A DNA stretch of 64,000 bases, from the NCBI GenBank assembly GCA_965213705.1, contig OZ243913.1, positions 1,440,001 through 1,504,000 on the forward strand. Direction: 5' to 3'. Shown piece by piece: positions 47,025 to 56,828 of the stretch. How positions within the stretch are numbered: the first letter of the stretch is position 1; each line of letters opens with the position of its first letter. The notes beneath the pieces are model-generated. The model did not search any database, was not told where the DNA came from, and saw nothing but the letters and a program-made list of their open reading frames with translations. This DNA comes from Trueperaceae bacterium (GTDB lineage Bacteria > Deinococcota > Deinococci > Deinococcales > Trueperaceae). Made by a program: the position numbers and the translations under genes.

Positions 47025-47975
47025 TTAAGACAGCAGTTTCTCGAGTTCGCTCTCGAGGTCGGGATAGCGAAACTCGAAACCCTCTTGCTGCAGCTTTTGG
47101 GGAAGCACCTTCGCGCTCGGCAACAGGACGTTGTCGGCCAGCCCTCCGGTGGCAAGCCGCAACAGCGGCGCGGGCGTGGCGATGAGCTTGTGAATACCCA
47201 GACGCGCCGCCACCTTTCGCGCCAACTCCCCCTGCCGCACGGGCTCGGGCGCGGTGAGGTTGTACACACCGCGGCTCGGTTCGTTTTCAATCAGGAACAG
47301 CAAGGCGTGGGCGAGGTCGTCGGCGTCCAGCCAGCTCCACCACTGCTCGCCGTCGCCGTACACCCCGACCCGCAACCGAACCGTCTGCAAGAGTTTTTGC
47401 CAGCCCGGTGCGTCCTGCGCCAGCACAATCCCGATTCGCGCCACGACGAGCCGCGCGCCGCCCGCGTCCGCCGCCGCGGCCTCCCAGCGTTCACAGACGT
47501 CGGCGAAAAAGAGCGTCTCGTCTTTGGGACTCGCCTCGGTCACAACTCCTTCGCCCGCGTCGCCGTAGTAGCCGGTAGCCGAGGCCTGCACCCACACGCG
47601 CGGCGGCCGTTCAGCGTATCGGTAAGCGTGGAGTAGCGCCTGGGCACTGTCCACCCGGCTCGCCACGACGCGCTCGCGGTGTGCTCGCCCGAGACGGCCG
47701 GCCGTCGTCGGGGCACCGGCCAGGTTGACGACGGCGGTCGCGCCGTTCAGAACGTGCGCAATCCGCAGCCGTTCGGCCGCGTCCCCCGCTGCGGCGGCGG
47801 CCGGGTCCCAGAGGGTAGCGGCGACGTCCCGCCCGAAACGAGTCGTAGAGCTGTGGGTCAGGACGCGCAAGGTGTAGCGGTCTGAAGCTGCCGTCAGCAG
47901 GTGTCTACCGACCGGGCCGGACGCGCCCGTAACGACCAGAACCGGCTTGGCGCTCACGCGGGCCTCGGCGTTCAA
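47025..47975 (-). CDS. TIGR01777-family NAD-dependent epimerase (DUF1731)
   Basis: TGASG.VG, VNLAGA, ASATGYYG, CERWE, RIGIVL, P.KL...GF.F.YP. Confidence 0.88.
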   Translation of the reverse strand: MNAEARVSAKPVLVVTGASGPVGRHLLTAASDRYTLRVLTHSSTTRFGRDVAATLWDPAAAAAGDAAERLRIAHVLNGATAVVNLAGAPTTAGRLGRAHRERVVASRVDSAQALLHAYRYAERPPRVWVQASATGYYGDAGEGVVTEASPKDETLFFADVCERWEAAAADAGGARLVVARIGIVLAQDAPGWQKLLQTVRLRVGVYGDGEQWWSWLDADDLAHALLFLIENEPSRGVYNLTAPEPVRQGELARKVAARLGIHKLIATPAPLLRLATGGLADNVLLPSAKVLPQKLQQEGFEFRYPDLESELEKLLS

Positions 47976-47976
47976 T

Positions 47977-48753
47977 TTAGCGTTCGATGGTTTCGTCGAA
48001 AAAGAGCCCGCGCATCTTCAAGCGGTAGCGTTTCTCGTCCACGTCGATGTCTAAGTAACAGTACTCGTCGCCGTGGCCGTTGGTGTCGAGCAGGATGGCC
48101 CTACCCTGCGAGGCGATGTTCACGCCGCCCCGCACCGGCGTGTGGCCGTACACGCCCAAGCGGTACGGCGTGCCTTCTAAAAAGTCCCGGTCGTCGTGAA
48201 TCCAGCGGCGGCGGTTCTCCAGGTAAAAACCGTTGTCATAGGTGTTGTGCTCTTGCAAGGGTCCGACGTGGGCGAAGTGAATGCCCATGATTTCTAAACT
48301 GTAGGGCCAGGCGCGCATCCAGGTAGAAAGCTCCCTGGGAAGCGGCTTGCCGTGCCCTTCTTTCCACTCCAAGTGAACGACGTCGTCGGTGCGCAGCGCG
48401 CCCTGGGCGTGGTTGACGGCGTTGAAGTCGTGGTTGCCCATCAGGATGGTCATGCGCCCGTCCGGTACACAGTCGTGAAACGCTTTGACCTCCCTCAAAA
48501 AAGCAACTTGCTCTGTTTCGGCTTTGCGGACGTGCTCGGGGTTGTACTCGTCGTAGCGCGGCAAACCGGTCAGGCGTGCGTAACGCTCACGGGTTTTGGC
48601 GTGAACAAGGTCACCTAGCAGCACGAGCCGCGCGTCTCCGGCTAAAAAGGTCGGGCTCGGTCGACGCTGTTCGTTGGCGAGTCCCGCCTCGCGCAACATG
48701 CGCCAGAGCTTGCCGGTTTGCGTGTGAATGTCTCCTATGACGACGATGCGCAC
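47977..48753 (-). CDS. Metallophosphoesterase (calcineurin-like)
   Basis: GDIH, LGDLV, GNHD, FAH, GHTP. Confidence 0.88.
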   Translation of the reverse strand: MRIVVIGDIHTQTGKLWRMLREAGLANEQRRPSPTFLAGDARLVLLGDLVHAKTRERYARLTGLPRYDEYNPEHVRKAETEQVAFLREVKAFHDCVPDGRMTILMGNHDFNAVNHAQGALRTDDVVHLEWKEGHGKPLPRELSTWMRAWPYSLEIMGIHFAHVGPLQEHNTYDNGFYLENRRRWIHDDRDFLEGTPYRLGVYGHTPVRGGVNIASQGRAILLDTNGHGDEYCYLDIDVDEKRYRLKMRGLFFDETIER

Positions 48754-48959
48754 GAGTGTCCCTTAGTCAGTGCTTGAGCGGCGGTGCGGTAGTTTGCGAC
48801 CGGACCCCGTCTTCTCCACACTCTGTTTCGCACACTATAGCGTGCGGAGCGAACGGGTTGGGGTGGGTATAAGCGAACAAACTCTTTGCCACGCCGGTTT
48901 GTCGCGCTGGTTCACCGCGCCGGTTTGCCAGACCGCAGCTTGCGCCGTTGCCGACGGCC

Positions 48960-50120
48960 TCAGCGGGTGGCGTACTGCTCGAGCAGCGGCAACGGGTCTA
49001 CGGGCGCGCCGTCCACACGAATTTCGAAGTGCAGGTGCGAACCCGTCGAACGCCCGGTCGAACCGACTTTGGCGATGGGCTGACCGGCGGCGACCGTTTC
49101 ACCCTCGCTCACCAACAGCGCCGAGGCGTGTCCGTAATAGTACTCGGTCGTGTCGAAGCGTACGACGACCAAGTTGCCGTAGCCGCTGCGCCAGCCGCTG
49201 TAGACGACTACCCCCGTCGTCGCCGAAACGACGGGGTCGCCCGTGTCGCCGTCGATGTCCAAACCGGTGTGGAAGTTCGAGCCGCTGATACGGAGTTGCC
49301 GGTAGCCGAACCTTGAGGTGACAGCGCCGTGCAGCGGCCAAAACATAGCGACGGCTGCAGGTGCAGACGCCTCGGCCGGCGACGCCCGAACGATGTCGCT
49401 GTTGGTGACGATGCGCAAAACCTGGCCCGCCTGGAGGCTCTGACTGCTGAGTTCGTTGGCCGCCATGAGGGTGGCGACAGTGGTGTCGTAGCGCTTGGCG
49501 ATGTCCCAGAGCGTGTCGCCCCGCGCGACCGAAATCGTCGGCGGCGTGGTGCCGCCGCGGTCGGCGCTGCTCGGGTCGGCGTAGCGGCCGGGAACGGTAA
49601 GGGCGACGCCCGGATTGATGGTGTCGCCGGTTAAACCGTTGGCCGCACGCAGCGCGGCGGCGGTCGTTCCGGTCGCCGCCGCGATGCTCCACAAGCTGTC
49701 ACCCGGTTGGACGGTTACGACCAGCGGCGCGGGCGGCGCGCTCGAGAGACTTGTGGTCCGCAACACGTCGCCCGGACGAATGATGGCGCCGTCGATGTTG
49801 TTGATAGCCAGCAGCTCGTCTATCGACAAGTGAAAGGCGGCCGCTATGTCGTAAAGGGTGTCGCCCGTTTGCACGGTGTAGGTTTCGGCCGAGGTCGCGC
49901 CCGGCGGAAGTTTGAGAACGGCTCCGGGAAACAGGGCGGTGCCGGTCAGGCCGTTCGTCGCTAAAATGGCTGCGGGCGTCGTGTTGTAGCGTTCGGCAAG
50001 ACCCCACAGGGTGTCGCCCGGAACCACTGTGACCTGCGCTGTAACCTGAGCTAAAGACACCTGAACTAAAGACAAAAGCGTAAGGGACGAAACAATGAAG
50101 AAAGCGTGAAGGCGCGGCAT
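48960..50120 (-). CDS. Four-LysM M23 peptidase
   Basis: Four GD(T/S)L..IA/LA LysM units, HTGLD, HLHFE. Confidence 0.92.
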   Translation of the reverse strand: MPRLHAFFIVSSLTLLSLVQVSLAQVTAQVTVVPGDTLWGLAERYNTTPAAILATNGLTGTALFPGAVLKLPPGATSAETYTVQTGDTLYDIAAAFHLSIDELLAINNIDGAIIRPGDVLRTTSLSSAPPAPLVVTVQPGDSLWSIAAATGTTAAALRAANGLTGDTINPGVALTVPGRYADPSSADRGGTTPPTISVARGDTLWDIAKRYDTTVATLMAANELSSQSLQAGQVLRIVTNSDIVRASPAEASAPAAVAMFWPLHGAVTSRFGYRQLRISGSNFHTGLDIDGDTGDPVVSATTGVVVYSGWRSGYGNLVVVRFDTTEYYYGHASALLVSEGETVAAGQPIAKVGSTGRSTGSHLHFEIRVDGAPVDPLPLLEQYATR

Positions 50121-50213
50121 CGAGGCCCAGTCTAACGATAATGTGGAATAAAACACAACCCTTGTCCCCGCTCGGGTTAGGCCGCAGCCCGATTCCTGCT
50201 ACACTGCTACGCT

Positions 50214-51074
50214 ATGCGCGTCGGTTTTATCACCCAACTTTTGTGGCCCCGTTACGGGGATTTTTGGGCTCGCTTGGTCGACGGTGTGGGTGCCGAGGTT
50301 CGTCTGCCGAATCCCCAGCGCGTGCTCGAGTTCGCCGCCGACGACCGCCTTGTCAACGTCCCCGGCGTCGCGTTTCGCTTGGCCGTAGCGCAAGCGCTCA
50401 GCTTGCAAGACGTCGACCTCGTCGTCGCGCCCGACCTAAATCCGGGCGCGGACGTCGCGCGGGGCGGCGGGCAAGACGCTTGGATAGCAAGTTTCCCGGA
50501 AGCGCTCGCCAGCAGCCTCGGCGGTCTGCCGCCCGTCCTGGCCGTCCCGACCGTGCTGGGCAGTGAACCGGGCGCTGCGCTGGAGACGCACGCCATAGAA
50601 TTTTTGCTGTCGTTGTCACGCGACGCCGCCAAGGTCCGCCGCGTGTGGGAGCGCAACCGCGCGCTCGCGACCGCGGCGCGCTATCCCGAACCCCGCTGGA
50701 CCGTCCCCCCGCTCGAGACGGTGGGAATCGTCGGCCAGCCCTGGCTGTTGTCGAGCGCACTCGTCGAACGGTTGCAGGCCGGGGGCTCGCACGCGGTCTC
50801 TCAGCACAGTTTGGAGCCGGCGACGCTCCGCGCCGAGGGTTGGCGGGCCGAGGCCCGGCTCGTCGCTACCGACGCCGAGGTGTTGGGCGCGGCGCGCCTG
50901 CTGGGGCGCCGGGGGACCGTCGCGCGCTTGAGGTTCGTCGCCGACGCCACCTCGGGCGCGGACGCGTGGCTCGAGGCGCAAGTGACCAAGCTGGTCCATA
51001 AACCCTTGAGCGTGACCTACTTGCAAGACGTTTTGAGCGCCGAAGAACTCGGCACGCTGCTGGCTGCGCCCTAG
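50214..51074 (+). CDS. Hypothetical protein, weakly like acyl-CoA dehydratase activase-associated (DUF2229-like) domains
   Basis: MRVG....L.W.RY..FW...GAEV and VGIVGQPW patterns, without the usual Cys residues. Confidence 0.5.
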   Translation: MRVGFITQLLWPRYGDFWARLVDGVGAEVRLPNPQRVLEFAADDRLVNVPGVAFRLAVAQALSLQDVDLVVAPDLNPGADVARGGGQDAWIASFPEALASSLGGLPPVLAVPTVLGSEPGAALETHAIEFLLSLSRDAAKVRRVWERNRALATAARYPEPRWTVPPLETVGIVGQPWLLSSALVERLQAGGSHAVSQHSLEPATLRAEGWRAEARLVATDAEVLGAARLLGRRGTVARLRFVADATSGADAWLEAQVTKLVHKPLSVTYLQDVLSAEELGTLLAAP

Positions 51075-51079
51075 CCGGC

Positions 51080-51397
51080 ATGCTCGTTTTGGCGGCGTCG
51101 GCGACGCTCCTGTACGCTTTTGTCAACGCCTTTGGCGCCTGGATGGTCGTGCGGCGCAAACCGTGGCTGGCGGGTTTGTTCATGATTGCGGCGTGCCTGC
51201 TCACGGTCGCTTTTGGAGCTTTGGTCTTCGACTTTCCCTATACCCGCGTCATCCTCGTTTTGGGTCTCGTCACCGCTTCGACTGCCTCGTTCGGCAACGC
51301 CCACGTCATGCTGGGGGGCGTCGTGTGGCGCTTTCACCTGTTGCGTGCGGCAGTCGGCCTCGGGATTTACTTGGTGGCGAGTGTCGGTTTGAGGTGA
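51080..51397 (+). CDS. Small membrane protein
   Basis: About four hydrophobic segments; co-oriented 5 nt after the previous gene. Confidence 0.65.
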   Translation: MLVLAASATLLYAFVNAFGAWMVVRRKPWLAGLFMIAACLLTVAFGALVFDFPYTRVILVLGLVTASTASFGNAHVMLGGVVWRFHLLRAAVGLGIYLVASVGLR

Positions 51398-51463
51398 CGG
51401 CCGCGTGACCTGTTTGACCTGTCGGCCTCGGATACCGGTTGGCGAGCGTAGGGCTGGAGATAA

Positions 51464-51527
51464 AGTACCTAGTCCTGAGGACCGAGTTGAAAGTGGTTTC
51501 ACTCCCTTTCACTCGGTCCTCGGTACT
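51464..51527. repeat. Heptamer-period palindromic repeat, copy 3
   Basis: AGTACCT AGTCCTG AGGACCG AGT...ACTCGGT CCTCGGT ACT between convergent genes. Confidence 0.8.
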
Positions 51528-51529
51528 GT

Positions 51530-51772
51530 TTAATCGTCCTTGAACAGCTTTTTCAGGGCGTCTTCTCGGCTTGTCCGTTTGGCGGCGAACCACTTGCCGT
51601 CGGCGAACGTCACGCTGCCCGCCGCGAGCAGCTTCTCGAGCGCGGTTTCGACGGTGTCGACCGCCAACTCTTCAAAGTGGTGTTCGTCGACGTAGCGCTG
51701 AACGGTGCGAACGGTCGCGCCTGCTTTGCCGTGCTGGCCGACGGCCTCGAGAACCCAGTCGTCTACGGTCAT
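51530..51772 (-). CDS. Small hypothetical protein, winged-helix-like
   Basis: Helix-helix-wing pattern, host-like codons. Confidence 0.6.
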   Translation of the reverse strand: MTVDDWVLEAVGQHGKAGATVRTVQRYVDEHHFEELAVDTVETALEKLLAAGSVTFADGKWFAAKRTSREDALKKLFKDD

Positions 51773-51813
51773 GCACCCAGTTTAAAGGAAAAAAGAGCAA
51801 CTTAAAAGTGCGT

Positions 51814-52806
51814 TTAGCGGGCGACGCCGCCCACTTTGGGTTTTTTGGGGTCTTGGTGGTACGCGACCTCCTTGCCGCCCGACAGCTCCCCCCAACTCAC
51901 CTCTTCGTCCAGGGTGATGACCTTGACCGGGCAGGCCGTCACGCAGGCGCTGCAACCGTTGCAGCGTTCGGGCTCGAGCATGAGCGCCGTACCTTCTAAG
52001 TCTTCGGGGTCGAAGTCCCGGCCGAACGCTTTTGTCGGGCACACGTTGGTGCAAACCGGACACATGATGCAGCCGTCCGCGACCCGCGGCAAAATCCAGG
52101 GCACGACGCCGCCCTGTTCCGGGGCCGAGCGCTCGATAAGCCGGTACTGCCGCTGCATCTCTTTCGGCAGCGAGGCGTCGTTTTCGCCGCCCGGGTCGAA
52201 GGGGGCGAGCGCCTCGGCGGCGGACGCCTGCAACCCGCGCCAACCGCCCCGCAACAGCTCGCGGCGGCTCACCGGGTCGGGGTTGTCGACGGCGTCGTAG
52301 CGTTCGGCGACGACGGTCTCGATGCTGAAGTCGCGACCGCGCAGGGCCGCCAAGTCCTGGGCTTCGGCTTGCAAAAGTTCTACGGCCAGCGGCACCGCGG
52401 CGTTGCCTATTTTGCACTCGGCGCAGTCCGAGCGGACCAGCGTGACGCTTTCTTTACGGCCCGCCAAACGCAGCAGGTCGCTCGGTGCGAGGCGGCTCAG
52501 GCACTGCACCGACTGCGCGCCGCCCTTGACTTGCGAACACTTCAGCGGCGCGCCGGGCTGGTAACTCACCTTGGACTCCAGAGCTTGCGACGGACACGCC
52601 TGCACGCACAAACCGCAGCCGGTGCAGTCGACATCGTCGATAGACACCTCTTTACCGCGCACAAAGCTAATAGCCTCGTGCGGACAGGTGTCCCGACAAA
52701 TACTGCAGGCCGACACGCTTTGCTTGTAAGCGAGGCAGTGCTCTTTGGTGTAGTCAGGCTGGACGCTGACCGCTTTGACGAACAAGTTGACAAGGTTGTC
52801 CCACAT
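51814..52806 (-). CDS. Polyferredoxin / 4Fe-4S dicluster protein
   Basis: Multiple CxxCxxCxxxCP motifs. Confidence 0.88.
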   Translation of the reverse strand: MWDNLVNLFVKAVSVQPDYTKEHCLAYKQSVSACSICRDTCPHEAISFVRGKEVSIDDVDCTGCGLCVQACPSQALESKVSYQPGAPLKCSQVKGGAQSVQCLSRLAPSDLLRLAGRKESVTLVRSDCAECKIGNAAVPLAVELLQAEAQDLAALRGRDFSIETVVAERYDAVDNPDPVSRRELLRGGWRGLQASAAEALAPFDPGGENDASLPKEMQRQYRLIERSAPEQGGVVPWILPRVADGCIMCPVCTNVCPTKAFGRDFDPEDLEGTALMLEPERCNGCSACVTACPVKVITLDEEVSWGELSGGKEVAYHQDPKKPKVGGVAR

Positions 52807-52822
52807 GGTTAAGTCAAGTATA

Positions 52823-52852
52823 AACGGCCGGGTGCGAGCAGACCCGGCCGTT
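52823..52852. terminator. Hairpin downstream of DAHP synthase gene
   Basis: AACGGCCGGGT-8nt-ACCCGGCCGTT. Confidence 0.6.
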
Positions 52853-53034
52853 CTTTACAAGGGTTAGGCAGTCACAAAACTGTTAAATCGAGCAAAACCG
52901 TTCGTCGTTGCGGGCGAAGCGCGGCAATCTACGTTTGAAGTGTGCCGGCGTTGAAGTGGTGCAAGGTTACCCGACGTTTCCGCCCCCTCGCTGCGACAAA
53001 GACAACCGACTTCGGGCTTGCGCTGTCATAGGTC

Positions 53035-54138
53035 CTAGAACCCGTAGACTTCGTGCCGCTTGGCCGAGAGCTTTTTGTGGTAGCCGGTTTCTTCTAAGTA
53101 AGTATCGAACTGGTCGAAGTCCATCTGCTGTTTCTGGTCGGACAGGGCGACCGCCGGGTTGGGATGCAGTTCGACCATAACCCCGTCGGCCCCGACCGCG
53201 AGGCCCGCTTTGGTGAGTGGCACCAGCAGGTCGCGCCGACCGCCCGAGTGCGTCACGTCGACCAGCACCGGCAGGTGCGTTTCTTGTTTGGCGAGCGCGA
53301 CCGCCGAGACGTCCAGGGTGTTGCGCGTGTACTGTTCGAAGGTGCGGATGCCGCGCTCGCACAAGATGATGTTCGGGTTGCCCTCGCTCATCAGGTATTC
53401 CGCCGACATCACCCACTCTTCGATGGTGGAACTCAGGCCGCGTTTGAGCAGGACGGGCTTGCTCGTTTTGCCCACGGTTTTGAGCAGCGTGAAGTTTTGC
53501 GAGTTGCGCGCGCCGATTTGGAGCACGTCGACGTACTCCTTGAACAGTTCGATGTCGCTGCCGTCCATAATCTCGGCGACGAACGACAGACCGTGTTTGT
53601 CGCAAGCCTCCCTCGCCCAGACGAGCGCCTCCTCACCGTGCCCCTGAAACGAGTACGGGTTGCTGCGCGGTTTGAACGCGCCGCCGCGAAACAGCTTGAC
53701 GCCGTGACTTGCAATGTGGGCGGCCGTTACCTCGACTTGTTCTTTGGACTCCAGGGCGCACGGCCCCGCGACCAGCACGGGCGCGTGCTTGCCGCCGATG
53801 TCGGTGTCCCCGACGCGCACCACGGTGTCTTCCTGGCGCGTCGCCCGAGAGGTCAAAAATTTGGGCTTGTCCGCCTTTTTACCGACTTCCATGCTCGCTT
53901 GAAAAATGGCCTTGAACAAGCTTTTCAGCGCGCCGTTCTCAAAAGGCCCGGTGTTGGCGGCGGTGAGCGCGTCCAGCATCTCTTTTTCGCGCACCGGGTC
54001 GTACTGCGAACTGCCGTTGCTCGTTTGCAGCGCGCCGATTTCTTTGGCGAGTTTGGCGCGTTTGGAGAGCAGCTCGAGCAAGTCCAAGTTCAAGCTGTCG
54101 ATTTGTCGGCGAAGCTCCACGATTTTTGCGTCAGGCAT
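53035..54138 (-). CDS. Bifunctional chorismate mutase (AroQ) / DAHP synthase type I-beta
   Basis: LR.QID..N, YDPVRE; AGPC, GGAFKPR, QIGARN, LLKRG, CERGIR, VDVTHS. Confidence 0.93.
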   Translation of the reverse strand: MPDAKIVELRRQIDSLNLDLLELLSKRAKLAKEIGALQTSNGSSQYDPVREKEMLDALTAANTGPFENGALKSLFKAIFQASMEVGKKADKPKFLTSRATRQEDTVVRVGDTDIGGKHAPVLVAGPCALESKEQVEVTAAHIASHGVKLFRGGAFKPRSNPYSFQGHGEEALVWAREACDKHGLSFVAEIMDGSDIELFKEYVDVLQIGARNSQNFTLLKTVGKTSKPVLLKRGLSSTIEEWVMSAEYLMSEGNPNIILCERGIRTFEQYTRNTLDVSAVALAKQETHLPVLVDVTHSGGRRDLLVPLTKAGLAVGADGVMVELHPNPAVALSDQKQQMDFDQFDTYLEETGYHKKLSAKRHEVYGF

Positions 54139-54332
54139 AGTTCAGCCTTTCTGTAGACATACAGACACGTCGGGTTGTTTGGTTTCGGTGGGTGTTAGCG
54201 GGGTAAAAAAGGCGACACAAAAACGCACGTCAAAGCTAGCAATATCGTGTGAATCGAGAGTGCATGGTACGCCTTTCAAGTCTGCCCGTGAGCTGCGCGT
54301 GAGCTGCGTTGTCGGCAACGCTGTCAAACGCC

Positions 54333-55061
54333 TCAGGGCGAAGCTGGCTCCTCGCTAACAGGGATGCGCCGCTGCGACAAGCGTACAACAATAATGGTGA
54401 TTTCGTAAAGAATAAGCAGGGGAATGGCGACCAGCGCAAAGTTGACGGGGTCGGCCGTCGGGGTGATAACCGCCGCCAAGACCGCGCCGATAACGACGGC
54501 GTAACGTCTGTGTTGCACCAAAAACTTGGCGTAGACGATGCCCAAACGAGCTAACAAAAAGCCCAACACCGGCATCTCGAAAATCAAGCCAAACACCGCC
54601 ATAATCACGATAACTTTGGAAATATAGTCGCCGATGCTGAGCAGCGTAGTCACTTCTTCTTGCAAAAAGCCGACGATGATGGGCAGCGAAAAGGGCAAAA
54701 TGACGTAACGTCCAAAAATAACCCCCGAGACGAAAGCGAGGGCCGTCAGAAAGATAAAAGGTACCGCCCAACGGCGCTCCTCTTTGTACAAGCCGGGCGC
54801 GATAAACCCCCAGATTTGCCCGATGATGATAGGTAACGCCAAGACGACGCCCGCAAAAGCCGCGATTTGCATACTGACCAAAAACTGCTCGAGCAGTTGG
54901 GTCGAAACGACCGTCACTTCGGGGGCTCCGGCCAGCGGCTCTTTCAGCCAGTCCAAAAGCCGAAGTCGAAAAGCGTAGCTCACGCCCGCCCCGACCAACC
55001 AAGCACCCACCGCGATAAACAGCCGGGTCCTCAGCTCCTCGAAGTGTTCTATCAGGGTCAC
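54333..55061 (-). CDS. tatC: Twin-arginine translocase TatC
   Basis: MTLIEHFEELR.R, QIWGFIAPGLY..E, FEMP, AAVITP..D. Confidence 0.95.
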   Translation of the reverse strand: MTLIEHFEELRTRLFIAVGAWLVGAGVSYAFRLRLLDWLKEPLAGAPEVTVVSTQLLEQFLVSMQIAAFAGVVLALPIIIGQIWGFIAPGLYKEERRWAVPFIFLTALAFVSGVIFGRYVILPFSLPIIVGFLQEEVTTLLSIGDYISKVIVIMAVFGLIFEMPVLGFLLARLGIVYAKFLVQHRRYAVVIGAVLAAVITPTADPVNFALVAIPLLILYEITIIVVRLSQRRIPVSEEPASP

Positions 55062-55147
55062 GCTACGACGTCCTTTTTAAATAGCTAAGTCACGTACCGA
55101 CGACAAAGCCGACAGATAAAGCTCGGCTGTGACAAGCAGCTCGAGCG

Positions 55148-55450
55148 TTACGCGTTCGACTTTTCGCGCTCCAAGCGCACTTTTTCCTGCTCGGCGCGGA
55201 ACGCCTCTTGCTCGGCGCGGAGTTGGGCGCGCTCTTCTTCTAAGGTTTTGGCCGCGACCTTGTCTTTGTCGTCGTCTTTTTTGACCTCTTCTTCGAAGTC
55301 GTCTTTCATGTCGCGGATGCCTTTGCGAAACTCCCGAACCGACTGACCGATGCCTTTCGCCATGTCCGGTAAGCGGCGCGGCCCGAAGATGAGCAGCACG
55401 ACGATGAGGATGATGATGATTTCCGGTAAACCCAAGGGACCGATACGCAT
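55148..55450 (-). CDS. tatA: Twin-arginine translocase TatA
   Basis: E.....LLIFGP.RLP....IG..REF.KG. Confidence 0.93.
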   Translation of the reverse strand: MRIGPLGLPEIIIILIVVLLIFGPRRLPDMAKGIGQSVREFRKGIRDMKDDFEEEVKKDDDKDKVAAKTLEEERAQLRAEQEAFRAEQEKVRLEREKSNA

Positions 55451-55537
55451 GGTAAACCTCCAGTGAGGGCTAGTTTAGCACCTTGCTATGTGAAAAAGTG
55501 TTTGTTGAAGCTGGGTCTGAGAGCCGGGTTCAGCAAG

Positions 55538-55567
55538 TAAAAAGGGTAGGCGTTGCCACCTACCCTT
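55538..55567 (-). terminator. Intrinsic terminator after ferritin-like gene
   Basis: AAGGGTAGG / CCTACCCTT stem with a T-tract on the minus strand. Confidence 0.7.
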
Positions 55568-55579
55568 GTCGGTTACGAC

Positions 55580-56671
55580 TTAAAGGTTGTCGGGAAACGA
55601 GGGGTCGAGCAGGGCGGCCGTTTGCTCTGCAAGGCCGGCGGGAACGCTGAGGCCGTTGGGGAAGAAGCCACCCTTGCCAACCGAAGTGTCGTTGGTCAAC
55701 AAGACGATGTTGGCAACTTGGCGCGGGGTACGGCTTGGTACGATGCCTTTTTGGTTGCCGTTGTTGAACGTGGGAACGACGTTGGCACCACCGTGAGCTT
55801 GCGTTTTGAGGCCGAAGTTGGCTTCTGCAACGATGCCTTGGTCCACAGCGGCGTCGCCGCCACCCAAAGACTCGCGAGCGGCGGAGATTGCGCTGACAAT
55901 GGTCCAGGTGTCCAAGCCGCCGTAAATGTTTGCACGCCGTGTGTCCGCGCCGTAAAGGAAGGTGCGAACCTCGCCCGCGTGGTACGCCTCGACGGCGAGA
56001 ATCCCCGCAGCAGCCTCTAAGGTGTCGGGATTGGTGATGAACTTGGCCGCACCTTTGTACGCCGTCACGCCGACATCTTCAAAGATGAACGCGCCGTGTA
56101 AGAACAGGGCCTCGCTGAGAGGGCCGGTCGAGAGGGGTTCGAAGTTGTCGGGCGTAAAGCCTGCAGGCAGTCCTACGCTGGCAGGGTCGGCAATCAAATT
56201 GAACGCCGCCGCCGCCGCACCTTTGAAGGACGCGTTGAGGTCCAAGGTGGGCAGTTCGCCTGCGCTCGTGCCTAGCGCACTACGCAAAAAGTTGACGTGG
56301 TCGAGTTCGTCTTGCGCGATCTCGTTCGCGTATTCACCGACGGAAGACCTGGCGGCGTTCATTCCATCTGGGCTGGGAAACGGAAGGCCGACTTCCGGAT
56401 TGAAACCTGCAGGAACCAGAACCTTTTCTGGGGTGTAGCCCGGCAGCTCTCTAATACGGCCGACGGCAGCCAGGTAAAAAGCAGCTTCCAAGTATTCCAG
56501 GTTGAGGGCGAAGTTGAGAATGGCGGCGTCGTAGTCTGTAGCTTTGGGGTCGGGCTTTTGACCGATAGCGCCACCGCAAGCGGTGAGCACGGCACCCGCA
56601 CCCATCATACCCAAGTTGCCTAGCATTCTGCGGCGGTCGATTTTGCTGCTAAAAAGCTTTGTTGCGTCCAT
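55580..56671 (-). CDS. Ferritin-like domain Tat lipoprotein (desiccation-related PCC13-62/DR_B0118-like)
   Basis: RRR..L twin-arginine + LTAC lipobox; LNFALNLEYLEA.FY, DE..HV, FEDVGVTAYKGA, ILAVEAYHA. Confidence 0.85.
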   Translation of the reverse strand: MDATKLFSSKIDRRRMLGNLGMMGAGAVLTACGGAIGQKPDPKATDYDAAILNFALNLEYLEAAFYLAAVGRIRELPGYTPEKVLVPAGFNPEVGLPFPSPDGMNAARSSVGEYANEIAQDELDHVNFLRSALGTSAGELPTLDLNASFKGAAAAAFNLIADPASVGLPAGFTPDNFEPLSTGPLSEALFLHGAFIFEDVGVTAYKGAAKFITNPDTLEAAAGILAVEAYHAGEVRTFLYGADTRRANIYGGLDTWTIVSAISAARESLGGGDAAVDQGIVAEANFGLKTQAHGGANVVPTFNNGNQKGIVPSRTPRQVANIVLLTNDTSVGKGGFFPNGLSVPAGLAEQTAALLDPSFPDNL

Positions 56672-56780
56672 TGATTTTTCCTCCTCTACTCGGCTTTCGG
56701 CCCATGTTCCGAGTAATATAGGTTTTGATGTTGGGCCTCCATCAAGCGCTTTACACGTTGGAGAGGGGTTTTGGATGTCG

Positions 56781-56828
56781 AAACCTGGTGTTGGAGACCT
56801 GATTTAGAGACCTAGTGTTGGAGACCTA
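56781..56828. repeat. Short tandem repeats (ACCTGGTGTTGGAG-like)
   Basis: Four ACCT units read directly. Confidence 0.65.
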
